A DNA stretch of 64,000 bases. Origin: Malacoraja senta (Eukaryota). The translations under genes were made by a program, and so were the position numbers. The notes below the pieces were generated by a model. The model ran no database searches. It was not told the origin of the DNA and saw nothing but the letters and a program-made list of their open reading frames with translations. Shown here one piece after another: positions 26,145 to 39,594 of the stretch; position 1 is the first letter of the stretch, and every line of letters starts with the position of its first letter. The stretch covers positions 2,296,001 to 2,360,000 of the forward strand of contig CM075990.1 in assembly GCA_038087875.1 (NCBI GenBank), in the 5' to 3' direction.

Positions 26145-26206
26145 AAAAGAGACTTACACCCCAACCTATGTCTTCTCAGAGGTTGCTAAGAGACAGATTT
26201 TGGAAG
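26145..26206 (+). CDS. SORBS1: candidate extra SORBS1 exon (E-KETYTPTYVFSEVAKRQILE)
   Basis: Long pyrimidine tract then ctag|, donor GAA G|gtactt. Peptide is paralogous to the 21051 exon. 62 nt as assembled: either one A short of 63 nt, or a 57-nt exon from the aag| at 26149. Confidence 0.6.
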
Positions 26207-26930
26207 GTACTTTGTGTTTCTATGCTGCTCCCTCTGCCCTTAGAACTGTCTAAACATCGTTTCCTCTGCTCCCTATCCCATTCTGTCTTCTTGAAGCTTT
26301 GCAATTTAACTTTGTTAATGAGTGAATACTTTACAAGTCACAGTGATAATCTTTGTTTTGCACGGCCGAGGTATGCAAAGAGGCACTACATAAAGGGCAC
26401 AGACAAAGTTACAAGTACCCCGTTTTCACACAAACCACTTTTAACACATTCCGTGACCAGAAACCTTAATGGCAATGCCGTAACAAACCTTTCTGTGGAG
26501 CAGCAGAGGTGACAGTGAAAGGTTTGCTTCAATGCATCTCGGACTTTAGCTGCTCCCGTGGCAGGGCTAAGTCCTGAGACAAGATTTAAACAAACAATGG
26601 GGTAAAAAAACTTTTGACTATTCTGCAACAAAGTCCTAAACAGGGGAGCTTGTGCCGAATGCCTTCTTGACCACCCTATCTGCCTGTGACGCCACTTTCC
26701 AGGACGTATGTACCTGCACTCCTAGATCTTGCTCGACAAAACTCCCCAGGGCCCTGCCATTCACTGTGATGGTCATAAGCTCATAAGTGATAGGAGCAGA
26801 ATTAGGCCATTCGGCCCATCAAGTCTACTACACAATTCAATCATGGCTGATCTACCTTTCCCTCTCAACCCCCATTCTCCTGCCTTCTCCCCATAACCCC
26901 CGACACCCGTACTAATCAAGAATCTGTTAA

Positions 26931-27383
26931 CTTCTCTACATCGGCGAGACCAAGCGCAGGCTCGGCGATCGCTTCGCTGAAAACCTGCTCAGTCCGTCTT
27001 AACCAACCTGATCGCCCGGTTGCTCAGCACTTCAACCCCCTCCCATTCCCACTCTGACCTTTCTGTCCTGGGCCTCCTCCATTGCCAGATTGAGGCAATA
27101 TTTTGTTTACACCCCAGCGGTATGAACATTGACCTCTAACTTCAGGTAGCCCTTGCTTTCTCCTTCCACCCTCTCCCCCTTCCCAGCTCTCCCACAAGTC
27201 CTACTGTCTCCGCCTACTTCATTTATTTTTCCGCCCCCCCCCCGACATCAGTCTGAAGAAGGGTCTCGACCCGAAAGGTCGCCAATTCCTTCTCTCCATA
27301 GATGCTGCCTCACCCGTTGAGTTTCTCCAGCATTTTTTGTCTACCTTCGATTTTTTCCAGCATCTGCAGTTCTTTCTTAAACA
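26931..27383 (+). mobile_element. Penelope-like element 3' fragment inserted in a CR1
   Basis: Encodes YIGETKRRLGDRFAE (GIY-YIG endonuclease remnant). Flanked by AAGAATCTGTYAA direct repeats. Carries a CTGAAGA..GAAA motif at 27253. Confidence 0.8.
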
Positions 27384-27933
27384 AAGAATCTGTCAATCTC
27401 TGCCCCAAAAATATCCATTGACTTGGCCTCCACAGCTGTCTGTGGCAATGAATTCCACAGATTCACCACCCTCTGACTAAAGAAATTCATTCTCATCTCC
27501 TTCCTAAAGGCGCGTCCTTTAATTCTGAGGCTGTGACCTCTGGTCCTGGACTCTCCCACTAGTGGAAACATCCTCTCTGTTCAGTAAATTTCAATGAGGT
27601 CCTCCCTCATTCTTCTACTCCAGGTCCTGCCTGTGGTTCAGCAACTTGGCTCTAGAATCCTCTGGGATATGATGGGATTGTGAACTGGGATAAATAAATG
27701 TATTATTCTGGTATTCCCATTAATCACAGCCAAAATTCCATGCAAAAATTAATCATTAACTAATATGAAGCTCCCCTCTTTAGGATTTAATTTGCTAAAT
27801 CGACATTTTCTTTTCTCATTGTGCAGGAAGGAACTGCCAATGCTGGTTTAGACACAAAACATTGGAGTGACTCAGCGGGTCAGGCAGCATCTCTGGAGAA
27901 ACAAGATAGGTGCCATCTTGAGATGGAACATCA

Positions 27934-27966
27934 GCCTGAAGAAGGGTTCCGACCCGAAACGTCACC
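27934..27966 (+). ncRNA. minimal type I hammerhead-ribozyme motif in a Penelope-derived repeat (representative copy)
   Basis: CUGAAGA-A-GGGU(UCCG)ACCC-GAAA-CGUC. Has both core boxes, stem II and a palindromic ACGU stem III. Activity is untested. Confidence 0.55.
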
Positions 27967-28285
27967 CATCCTTTTTCTCCAGAGATGCTGCCCGACCCGC
28001 AGAGTTACCCCAGCACTCTGTGTCTTTTTTTCCTCATTGTTTGTGTAATCTCGTTTCAGGACCTTAGCTCTGGTACAGAGCAGCTAAAGTCATTGAATCA
28101 TGCACAAACTACTGATATTGGGATGTGTGTCCGTCTAACTGTATCCACTAACTCTGTCCATGCATTAGGATAGTTGATACAAACTCCATTAACGGCAGTC
28201 ACAGTGTGAACAAGAGTCGATGTCCGAGTTCACTCATACTTCACAGTCTGAGGGTTGTTTTCTCATGGAGTGTCTTTCTTTGCAG

Positions 28286-28333
28286 ATGATGAGCTCGACG
28301 ACTATTCCTCATGCTACCCTTGCTCAGAGGATG
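28286..28333 (+). CDS. SORBS1: SORBS1 48-nt exon (DDELDDYSSCYPCSED)
   Basis: ttctttgcag| and G|gtgagt, phase 1-1. Resembles human DDDSDLYSPRYSFSED. Confidence 0.85.
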
Positions 28334-29721
28334 GTGAGTATCTTCCTTCTGGTGATGAATTGTTAACCTTCTTGCAGCCAACTCTCGACCATTCAGGCCT
28401 TCTAGCCTGGTTTTCAGATAGATCTTGAGCACATAAGAATTAGTTTCAGGAGTTGCCTTTCAAGCTAATTTAATCAATTTCATGTGTAGGAAGGAACTGC
28501 AGATGCTGGTTTAAACCGAAGATAGACTCAAAAAGCTGCAGTAACTCAGCGGGACAGGCAGCATCTCTGGAGAGAAGGAATGGGTGACGTTTCGGGTTGA
28601 GACCCATCCTCACACCCTAATGACCCCATTAGAGAGGCTGCCTGTCCCGCCTGAGTATCTCCAGCATTTGGTGTCTATCTGAATGTGAGAAACTATGCAC
28701 GTTCCGGTTTCCTCCCACATCCCAAAGACGTCCGGATTTAGTAGGTTAATTGGCCTCTGTGAAATGGCCTCTAGTGTGTAGGGGCGTGGATGAGAAAGTG
28801 GGATAACATAGAACTAGTATGAACGGTTGATCAGCATGGACTTGGATGGCCAAAAAGTCTGAAGAAGGGTCTCGACCCGAAATGTCGCCTATTTCCTTCA
28901 CTCCGTAGATGCTGCCTCACCCGCTGAGTTTCTCCAGCATTTTTGTAAAGACTCTTTTGTAAATCCTCCTCTTGCGATAGAGATCCCTCCTTCTGCTTGT
29001 TAATTTGTAACTCCAGACCCACTGATGCTTCTCAGATGCTTTTCCCCGTCGATGCTACTCAGTTCCCACCAGTCTTCAGTTTTAGTTAGTTTAGAGATAC
29101 AGTGTGGAAACAGGCCCTTCGGCCCACCGAGTGGACACACACACCAGTGACCCCCGCACACTTATACTAACCTACACACTATGGATAATTTACAATTTTA
29201 CCCAGGCCAATTAACCTACAAACTTGAACGTCTTTGGAGTGTGGAAGAAACCGGAGTACCCGGAGAAAACCCACGCGGTCACAGGGTGAGCGATCAAACT
29301 CCGTACAGACATCACCCGTAGTCAGGTTCGAACCTGGGACTCTGGCGCGGTAAGGCAGGGACCCTACCGCTGCGTCACCGTGCCACCCATCAGGGGTGGA
29401 CAGCAGGGGATGTGACGTCCACGTCTCCGAGCAGAAAGAAAAGTTTAGAATGCTCCGATCTGCCGCAGTGGAGTTGGGGTTGGTGAGTAATATTGCAAGA
29501 AGAAAAGAACTGCAGATGCTGGTTTACACCAAAGATAGACACAAATGGCTGGACTAACTCAGCTGGTCAGGCAGCATCTCTGGAGAAAAAGGATGAGTGA
29601 CGTTTCGGGTCAGGACCTTTCTTCATCCAGGCTCTGAAGAAAGGTTCCATCACCCGCCCTGTTTCTCCAGTAATATTGCTATTGTTTTGTTCCACTGACT
29701 TGTCCTTTCTGGTTCCTGCAG

Positions 29722-29851
29722 TGAAAAGTCAGACCATTATGCCTCGCTCCAAGAGTGCAATGGACACCACTGACTCCGAGCCCATCGAGCGAAGATCAGC
29801 CACCCTGCCCCTGCCGACCCGCTCATCCTCACTCAAGCCACTTCCTGAGAG
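29722..29851 (+). CDS. SORBS1: SORBS1 exon (VKSQTIMPRSKS..RSATLPLPTRSSSLKPLPER)
   Basis: PRSKS and RSATLPLPxRSSSLK motifs. cag| and AG|gtacgg, phase 1-2. Confidence 0.93.
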
Positions 29852-30229
29852 GTACGGTTTTTAATTACTCTTTCTGGATGGCATGGTGGCGCAGCGGTAG
29901 AGTTGCTGCCTTACATCGCCAGAGACCCCGATTCCATCCTGACGATGGGTCCTGTCTATACGGAGTTTGTGACCGCATGGGTTTCCTCCGAGATCTTCGG
30001 TTTCCTCCCACTCTCCAGAGACGTTCGGGTTTGTATGTTAATTGGCTTGGTATAAATGTAAGTTTGGGTAGGGTAGTATTAATGTGTGGTGATCGCTGGT
30101 CGGTGTGGACGCGGTGGGCCTGTTTCCGCACTGTATCAATAAACTAATTGATTGATTGATTGGAAGATAAAGCATGTAAATTGGCCCTTCATCCTACCGA
30201 GTCCACATCGACCATTGATCACTCGATCG

Positions 30230-30708
30230 TAGGGTTGCCAACTGCAGGGACAAAAGGTCAAAATACGGGACAAATTCCCGATGGCAATTCGTTGACCGAC
30301 TGGGCTGTGGCTGGGTGAATGATGAGTTGGCCCGGGTGCTGGACTGCACACAAAGCCCAGCCGGCGGGCCAGCTGAGGAGTTTTGGCCCGCGCGACTTGG
30401 CGTGTAAAGTCCGGGCACCCCATCTAACATGAAGCGATGATCGGCCGTGAGAGGGAGGGGTGGTGGTGTCGGCGGTAAGCGAAGGTCCGAAGGTCGGACA
30501 GCTGGCCGGGCTGCCGACCGACGGGGCCACGGGCGAGGTGCTGCTGCTGCACTACGTCGGGATGGGTGAGGCGGGGCTTCGACCCTACAGTCCCCTCGAC
30601 CCGAATGGTAGCAGTCAATACGGGACAAGGGCGGTCCCGTATGGGACAAACCAATTTAGCCCAATATACGGGATGTCCTGGCTAATACGGGGACAGTTGG
30701 CTACCCTA
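30230..30708. mobile_element. hAT-type (Blackjack-like) non-autonomous DNA transposon
   Basis: TIRs TAGGGTTGCCAACTG..CAGTTGGCTACCCTA, subterminal TACGGGAC repeats, degenerate 8-bp flanks ctcgatcg/ctcattca. Confidence 0.7.
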
Positions 30709-31063
30709 CTCATTCACACTGCTTCCATGTAATCACTCTTCCACATCCACTCCTCACATGTAGGAAGGAACTCCTCTCTCCTTAAACCAACATCCTCTTG
30801 TTTCGAACACTACTTTCATAGGAAAAATATTCAGACTCTCTCTTCCATCTGTCCCTCTATCCCCAGAGAGGATGAATAATATAATACAGACACAAAAAGC
30901 TGGAGTAACTCAGCAGGTCAGACGGCGTCTCTGGAGAGAAGGAATGGGTAACATTTCGGTTCGAGATCCTTCCTCAGACTGAAGAATCCAGATGAATAAT
31001 AATAATAATTATATACTTTTTTAAAGGTTTTCTGTTTCCCTGAATATGTTTTGCTTCTTTCAG

Positions 31064-31178
31064 GAACAACTGGGGTCCGTTGGACAAGAAGATGGACACA
31101 CGGAAGTATCGGGCCGAGCCAAAGAGTATCTTTGATTACGTACCGGGAAAGTCTTCAGTCCTGACACACGAGAAAATG
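31064..31178 (+). CDS. SORBS1: SORBS1 exon (NNWGPLDKKMDTRKYRAEPKSIFDYVPGKSSVLTHEKM)
   Basis: Conserved DTRKYRAEPKSI..PGKSSVL motif. tttcag| and ATG|gtagtg, phase 2-0. Confidence 0.95.
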
Positions 31179-31426
31179 GTAGTGTATGGGCTTGGCCGAT
31201 GCATAGAGCAATGCCTGTAGTCAGTGTTTGTCTCTCTCTGTCTAACAGGCTGTCCAACTAACTCATCCTGTATGCACATCAGCAGAACCAACAAAATGGC
31301 CTTGGGAACCAAATCCTAATTTGGTTCAACCACCCTCTCCCCAGCCCGTCAAAATAAATAAACAATCGCAACTCACTGAAAGCAACCTACAAAGGAAAGA
31401 ACCACCGTGATAGAACAGGTAATTTT

Positions 31427-31755
31427 GGGGCGGCACGGTGGAGCAGCGGTAGAGTTGCTGCCTTACAGCGCTTACAGCGCCGGAGACCCGGGTTTGATCC
31501 CGACTACGGGTGCTGTATGTACGGAGTTTGTACGTCCCCCCCCCCCCGTGACCTGCGTGGGTTTTCTCAGAGATTTTCGGTTTCCTCCCACACTCCAAAG
31601 ACGTACAGGTTTGTAGGTTAATTGGCTTGGTATCAATGTGGAATTGTCCCTAGTTTGTGTAGGGTAGTGTTAGTGTGCGGGGATCGCTGGTCGGTGCGGA
31701 CTCGGTGGGCCGAAGGGCCTGTTTCCGCGCTGTATCTGTAAACTAAACTAAACTA
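31427..31755 (+). mobile_element. V-SINE, full length
   Basis: Complete head, core and tail. About 25 copies or fragments occur in the window, e.g. 14520, 23630, 24300, 29075, 29880, 41520, 45877, 46940, 49300. Confidence 0.9.
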
Positions 31756-32532
31756 CCCTCTCCCCAAACTATCACAACTCATTGAAAACAACTACAAAAT
31801 GAAGAACTACAATTCCAGAAGATAGGATGTAGAACAGTACAGGAACAGGCCCTTCAGCCCACAATGTTTGTGCCGAACATGATGCCAAGTTAATCTGATC
31901 TCATGTGCCTGTAAATGATCCAGATCCCTCTATTCCCTGCACTTCCATGTGCCTTTCCAAAAGCTTCTTAAACACCACTCTAGTATCTGCCTCTACCACC
32001 ACCCCTGGCAGAGTGTTCCAGCCCCCACCACCCTCTGTGTTAAAAAAAACCTGCCCTGCATATCTCCATTAAACTTTCCCCCTCTCACCTTATAGTAATG
32101 CTCTCTAATTTCTGGAATTGTAAACTAAATACTGGAAATACTTCGCAGGTCAGGCAGCGGCAGATGAGGCAAAAGCAGAGTTGATGGTTCAGACTGCTGA
32201 TCTTTCATCAAAATGAAACCTCAACTCAGTTTCTCTTTCCGCAGATGCTGCCTGACCCGCCGAGTGTTTCCGCCATTTTTGGTTTCATGTCAGTCACAAA
32301 TCGCAGCCTTTCAAGAGAACTGAGCTGGTTGTTGCACCTTAACTAATAAAGCTCAATGTTTATTTGCTTCGCAGACTAGCAGCTAGTGACTGACACTCTC
32401 AAAGCAATTAATCATCTAAAAACAACATGATTCCTTTGGCTAACAGATGTTATATTCTACTAAATACTGCAAATGCTAAAATCTGAATGAAAATCCAAAA
32501 TGACAATCAGCTCATCCAGAAATGCCTTAAGC

Positions 32533-33213
32533 ATCTCTCATCTCTCTATCTCTCCAACTCTCTATCTCTCCATCTCTCATCCCTCTATCTCTCCATCTCT
32601 CTTTCTATCTCTCCATCTCTCTATCTCTCCATCTCTCATCCCTCTATCTCTCCATCTCTCTCTCTATCTCTCCATCTCTCTATCTCTCCATCTCTCATCC
32701 CTCTATCTATCCATCTCTCTCTATCTCTCTTTCTCTCTATCTCTATCTCTCCATCTCTCCATCTATCTCTATCTCTCTATTTCTCTCTCTCTATTTCTCT
32801 CTCTCTATCTCTCCATCTCTCTATCTATCTATATCTCTATCTCTCTATTTCTCTCTCTCTATTTCTCTCTCTCTATCTCTCTCTCTCCATTTATCTCTAT
32901 CTCTCCATCTTTCTATCTCTCTATCTCCCTTTCTCTCTATCTCTCTGTTTCTCTCTCCCTCTATCTCTCTATCTCCCTTTCGCTTTCTTTCTCTATCTCT
33001 CTATCTCTCTATCCCTCTCTCTCCATCTCTCCATCTCTCTATCTCTCCATCTCTCCATCTCTCCATCTCTCCATCTCTCCATCTCTCCATCTCTCCATCT
33101 CTCTATCCCTCTATCCGTCTATCTCTCTTTCTCTCTATTTCTCTATTCCTCTATCTCTCTTTCTCTCTATTTCTCTATCCCTCTATCTCTCTATTTCTCT
33201 ATCTCTCTATCTC
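32533..33213. repeat. (CTCTAT/CTCCAT)n low-complexity tract
   Basis: Seen directly. Confidence 0.97.
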
Positions 33214-34576
33214 CAGGCTTTGCCCCACCCACACCTCTCCCCCTGACGACAATCAGTCTGACGAAGAGTCCTGACCCAAAACCCGAAGGGCCCCAACCCA
33301 AGTTACTTATCCATGTTTGCCAGAGATGCTACCTGACCCTCTGAGTTACTCAGCATTTTGTGTCTATCTTAAGTGTGTAGGTTAATTGGCTCGGGTAAAA
33401 CATTGTAACTTGCCCCCTAGTGTGAGGATAGTCGCTCTTTGGCATGGACTGAACGGTGGGGCGAAGGGCCTGTTTCCACGCTCTCTCTGTGAAATCTAAA
33501 GTCATATCAATAGTTTAATTGTTATAAAGGAGCAATTACAAGGCATGTTTTATGAGTTGGAATTCCACCTTGGCACCGTCCCCAGTAGAAACGACAAACT
33601 GCAGATGCTGGTTCACCAAAAAAAGGACACAAAGTGCTGGAGTAACTCAGCGGGCCAGGCAGCATCTCTGGACAACGTGGATAGGTGGTGTTTTCGGTCA
33701 GGACCCCTCTTGAAAAAAATTCACGTCAGAGAGAGGAGGAGACGGAGGTCCCGACCTGAAACGTCACCGATCAAGCGAGCCAGTCAGTGTTCTCCAGAGA
33801 TGCCGCCTGACCCGCTGACATACTCCAACACATTGTGCTCTTGTTTTGGCACCTTATCTGTTTATGTTCAGGTTATGGTCACGTGTACCGAGGTACAGTG
33901 AGAAGATTTTGTTGCGTGCTAACCAGGCAGCGGAAAGACAATACATGATAACAATCGAGCCAGTTAGTGTAAAGATACATGCTAGTGAGCAGACTCTGCC
34001 AAAGTTAGTCAACTTACAAACTTGGTGCGGTGTGCAATGGTTTGGTATTTGGAGAGTCAGTGGGCAGAGTTGACTGTTTGAACCTTGCATTATCTTTTCT
34101 TGCTGGATGCATACGGGGTTCAGTGTGGGAGTGGGTGATGGTGCATTTTGACCAAGACCTCGTTGGACCTCTGCGTACACTAGCTGCGTTGCCAGCGCAT
34201 GTTTTGCATGCAGGGTGCTTGGCGACAGAGTCTTGGGCCTGTTCATAAGTTCATGTTCATAAGTGACAGGAGCAGAATTAGGCCATTCGGCCCATCAAGT
34301 CTACTCCGCCATTCAGTCATGGCTGATCTATCTTTCCCTCTCGACCCCATTCTCCTGCCTTCTCCCCGTAACCCCTGACACCCGTACTAATCAAGAATCT
34401 ATCTATCCCTGACTTAAAAGTATCCATTGACTTGGCCTCCACAGCCTTCTGTGGCAAAGAATCCACGCATTTATTGGATTCAATGCAGACAGCGTTTTAT
34501 TCCAAACCGTCCAACCTATGACAAATACTGTGGCCACATACATTGTACACACACCGACCCTCACTGGGAGACAGGT

Positions 34577-35590
<1,014 letters not shown>

Positions 35591-35594
35591 CTGA

Positions 35595-36340
35595 CCCTCC
35601 ATGGTGCCGGTGGGCACCGCGTGTCCGTTCTCAAGGGACACCCGGGGGCGGATGTAACCCCGGAAACAGGGCAGGCAGTCGCCTCGTGCAGAGCTCTCGT
35701 CCGCCTGGTGCCGTGACCCATGAATGGCCAGCTTGGCCAGGCCCAGGAACAACCCAACCAGGACATCCTCTGCTCTCCCCACTCCCCGACGCACTGGCTG
35801 CCCAAAGATGAGGACGGTGGGACTTTAATGCGGCCGGAAAGCGAGGAGCAGCCCCTTCAAACTGCAACAGGGCTGCAACCTCTCGCCCTCCATGTGTACG
35901 TGCAACACAGGCTCTACTAGCCCGCGGAAGTGGCGGGTGGCGGGCGAGCCTGTGAACCGACTCAGGAATTTGTTGCATGGGACTGCTCGGCGTGGCACCC
36001 TCCACCCCAGGCCACCGATATAGAGAGGCAGAATCCCTGCACTGGGGGGGGGGGGCTACTGGATGGGATGCATGTCTCTGCACGGATTCCTGCATGGTCG
36101 CATGTTGGGGACGTGCTCTTTGGTGGTGGACCCAGCTCCAAATGCATGCAGCTGCGATGCCACAGGGGCCTGCGGGCAAATCTCACTCAACCTTTCACGT
36201 CAGAACTCTGAAGGAATGGTCGGGAGGGACTACACGCAGCCAGGCGGCAAGAACAGATCGCTGAACGACCTGTATTATCAGGTGCCCGAAGAAAACCACT
36301 CACACCATCACAGGGACGACTTGGACGGTGATGTAAGTCT
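35595..36340 (-). mobile_element. Tx1/L1-clade non-LTR ORF2 C-terminal remnant
   Basis: Degenerate GRAEDVLVGLFLGLAKLAIHGSR peptide with a Cys/His-containing upstream region. Related copy at 12980. Confidence 0.6.
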
Positions 36341-36504
36341 AATTAGAGCCAGTGTGGTCTCTCTAGACACCGAGAAGCCTTTCCTCCAACTAAGAATCTC
36401 AAGTGTTTTCCAAAGTTCCTTGCAGGTGGTTCTGCTATTTTGCTGGAAGTTCCTGTTTGTGGTAACTTGTCTCACACAGCACGAGTCATGGAAACACGAG
36501 TGTG

Positions 36505-37470
36505 GAAACATAGATACATAGAAAATAGGGGCAGGAGTAGGCCATTCGGCCCTTCGAGCCTGCACCGCCATTCAATATGATCATGGCTGATCATCCAACT
36601 CAGTATCCCGTACCTGCCTTCTCTCCATACCCCCTGATCCCTTTAGCCACAAGGGCCACATCTAACTCCCTCTTAAATATAGCCAATGAACTGGCCTCAA
36701 CTACCCTCTGTGGCAGAGAGTTCCAGAGATTCACCACTCTCTGTGTGAAAAAGTTTTTTCTCATCTCGGTCTTAAAGGATTTCCCCCTTATCCTTAAGCT
36801 GTGACCCCTTGTCCTGGACTTCCCCAACATCGGGAACAATCTTCCTGCATCTAGCCTGTCCAACCCCACAAGAATTTTGTACGTTTCTATAAGATCCCCT
36901 CTCAAACTCCTAAATTCTAGCGAGTATAAGCCAAGTCTATCCAGTCTTTCTTCATATGAAAGTCCTGACATCCCAGGAATCAGTCTGGTGAACCTTCTCT
37001 GCACTCCCTCTATGGCTATAATGTCCTTCCTCAGATTTGGAGACCAAAACTGTACGCAATACTCCAGGTGTGGTCTCACCAAGACCCTGTACAACTGCAG
37101 TAGAACCTCCCTGCTCCTATACTCAAATCCTTTTGCTATGAAAGCTAACAGGCCCTTCGGCCCAACTTGCCCAACATGTCCCATCTACACTAGTCCCACC
37201 AGCCCCCGTTTGGCCAGCATCCCTCCACACCTGTCCTGTCCATGTACCAGTCTAACTGTTTCGTAAACGTTGGGATAGTCCCTGCCTCAACTACCTCCTC
37301 TGGCAGCTCGTTCCATACACCCACCAAACTCTGTGTGAAAGGTTTAGCCCTCAGATTCCTATTAAATCTTTCCCCCTTCACCTTAAACCCATGCCCTCTG
37401 GTCCTCGATTCCCCCGCTCTGGGCAAGAGACTGTGCGTCTACCCGATGTACTCCTCTCATGATTTTATAC
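36505..37470 (-). mobile_element. two adjoining CR1 fragments of different subfamilies
   Basis: ORFs 36600-37184 and 37190-37426 are both CR1 ORF2 C-termini. Confidence 0.9.
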
Positions 37471-37849
37471 ACTTTTATCCTTTCTTTGTAAACCAACTGC
37501 AGCTGAGACACAAGGAACTGTAAATGCTGTCTTTGATTGTGTATGCCAGCATCTGCAATTCCTTGTTTCCCCATCAAGACGGCAAATTCTGGTATTTTTT
37601 GCAAAACACAAGGTGCTGGAGGAATACAGGAGGTCAGGCAGCATCTGTGGAGGGAAGGAGCAGGGACGTTTTGGGTTGGAGCCAGTTCCCCCCCCCCCCC
37701 CCCCTCCACACACACATCCCCACCCCCACACAAATTATCGCCTATCCATTACATCCACAGATGCTGCCTGACCCGCTGAGTTCCTCCAGCACTTTGTACA
37801 TTACAAATGGGAGCTGGTTTAACATGTGGTCTGATCCACTGCTAACTAC

Positions 37850-38500
37850 AGTTACAGTTTGGTTCATTGTCATGTGTACCGAGGTGCGGTGAAAAGCTTT
37901 TGTTGCGGGCTAACCAGTCAGCGGAATGACAATACATGATTACAATCGAGCCATTCACTGTGTACAGATACACGATAAGGGAATAACGTTTAGTGCAAGG
38001 TAAAGCCAGCAAATTCAATTCAATTCAACTCAATTCAACTTTAATTGTCATTGCACAGATACAAGTATGGGTACAATGAAATGCAGTCTAGCGTCTGCTC
38101 CTAGCAATATTGCAATATAGAAATAAAAACACAGAACAAGAACAATATACAGAATAAAATACAGAATGAGCAAATAATGTGGACGGAGAGACTGGAGAAA
38201 TCTATCGGCGGGGACTCCGAGTTCAGCAATGTGATAGTGTTGTTGTAGAAGCCGTTCCTCATCCTGCTTGTACGAGACCTGAGGCTTCTGTACCGCCTCC
38301 CTGATGGGAGGAGGGCAAACAGTCCATGGTTAGGGTGGGAGGGGTCCTTGATGATCTTCCCGGCCCGTCTCAGACACCGTTTTCGGAACAATGTCCAATC
38401 AAGGATAGTCCGTGGGCCACCAATGAGGTAGAGAGTCGTTCAGCACTGCTCTCTAATTGTAGCAGGATGATTCAGTTGCCTGATAACAGGTGGGAAGAAA
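37850..38500 (-). mobile_element. L2-like LINE 3' fragment with a second L2 fragment (about 38012-38390) nested inside
   Basis: IIKDPSHPNHGLFALLPSGRRYRSLR. The host resumes after 38390. Confidence 0.7.
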
Positions 38501-38840
38501 CAAGTCACTGCTTTAGTGGCTAGAGCAGTCTGACGCAGTTGACTCTTCCCGTCCTTGCCCCATTTATGGCATCGCTCTTATAATCAGGGGACTGGTTTTA
38601 ATGTTAAGAAGGTTTGTACAGCACGCTATGGTTGCAGTGATGTGTGTCTGGAGATCAAGGCTGTGCTGTCCTCATGCACGTTCAGCTGCAGTAAAGCTGC
38701 ATGCAACAGCCCCTCCATGTTGATTCATGGTCTGGTGATATCAGGCCAGGGCCACACCCGCTGGGCAGTGGTTCTGGAGTGGTTTTGCAAATGACCATTC
38801 ATGTACGGTGTGGAGATCGTGCTGAATTGTTGGCGTGTGA

Positions 38841-39124
38841 AGGGCCCGTCCCACTTACGCGACTTTTTCGGCGACTGCCAGCACCCGTCATAGGTCGTTG
38901 CAGGTCGCCGAAAAGTCTCAACATGTTGAAAATCCAGCGGCCACCAGAACAAGGTACGACTCTTTGGGCGACTACTACAGGCTTCACCCCGCGACATATC
39001 GCCAAGGTGTCGCCTGTACGGTCGTGAGTAGACTCCTAGTCACCCAAAGAGTCGTAACGTCTTTCTGGTCACCGCTGGATTTTCAACATGTTGGCTGTTG
39101 CCGAAAAAGTCGCATAAGTGGGAC
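38841..39124. mobile_element. PIF/Harbinger-type MITE with truncated right TIR
   Basis: AGGGCCCGTCCCACTTACGCGAC..GTCGCATAAGTGGGAC. Largely palindromic. Confidence 0.7.
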
Positions 39125-39594
39125 TTAAGAGAGGAATTGCTCTCGTGCGGTGACGGTCGATGGGCGTTGGCTGAAAGAACTAACTAATTCGCTCCAATTC
39201 CTCTGCCTCATCATCCAAGTGCTGGAACGACGCGGTTAGAACAGCGTAAAGCTCCCTCCGCCTTTCACAGGCGACATGTCACCTCTGTCCCAACTCCAGA
39301 TACCTTCCCGCAACTAGTATGCGTATCTCGCGATAGACACAAAGTGCTGGCGTAACTCAGCCGGTCAGGCAGCATCTCTGGAGAAAAAGGATGGGTGACG
39401 TTTCGGGTCAGGACCCTTCTTCTGAAGAACCAGCGCCTGCAGTTCTGGCAATGGAGCAGACAAAATGTGTAGAGAGGAACTGCAGATGCCGGTTTGCACC
39501 GAAGATAGATGCTGGAGTAACTCAGTAGGTCAAGCAGCATCTCTGGATAGAAGGAATGGGTCGAGACCCTTCTTCACACTGAGAATCAGGGTAA

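Noticed and set aside
32487..33344. 285-aa and 248-aa SLYL-rich ORFs
   Set aside because: Low-complexity repeat lacking stop codons.
36600..37184. 194-aa ORF as a host gene or active LINE
   Set aside because: It is a 5'-truncated CR1 ORF2 C-terminus with no RT core.
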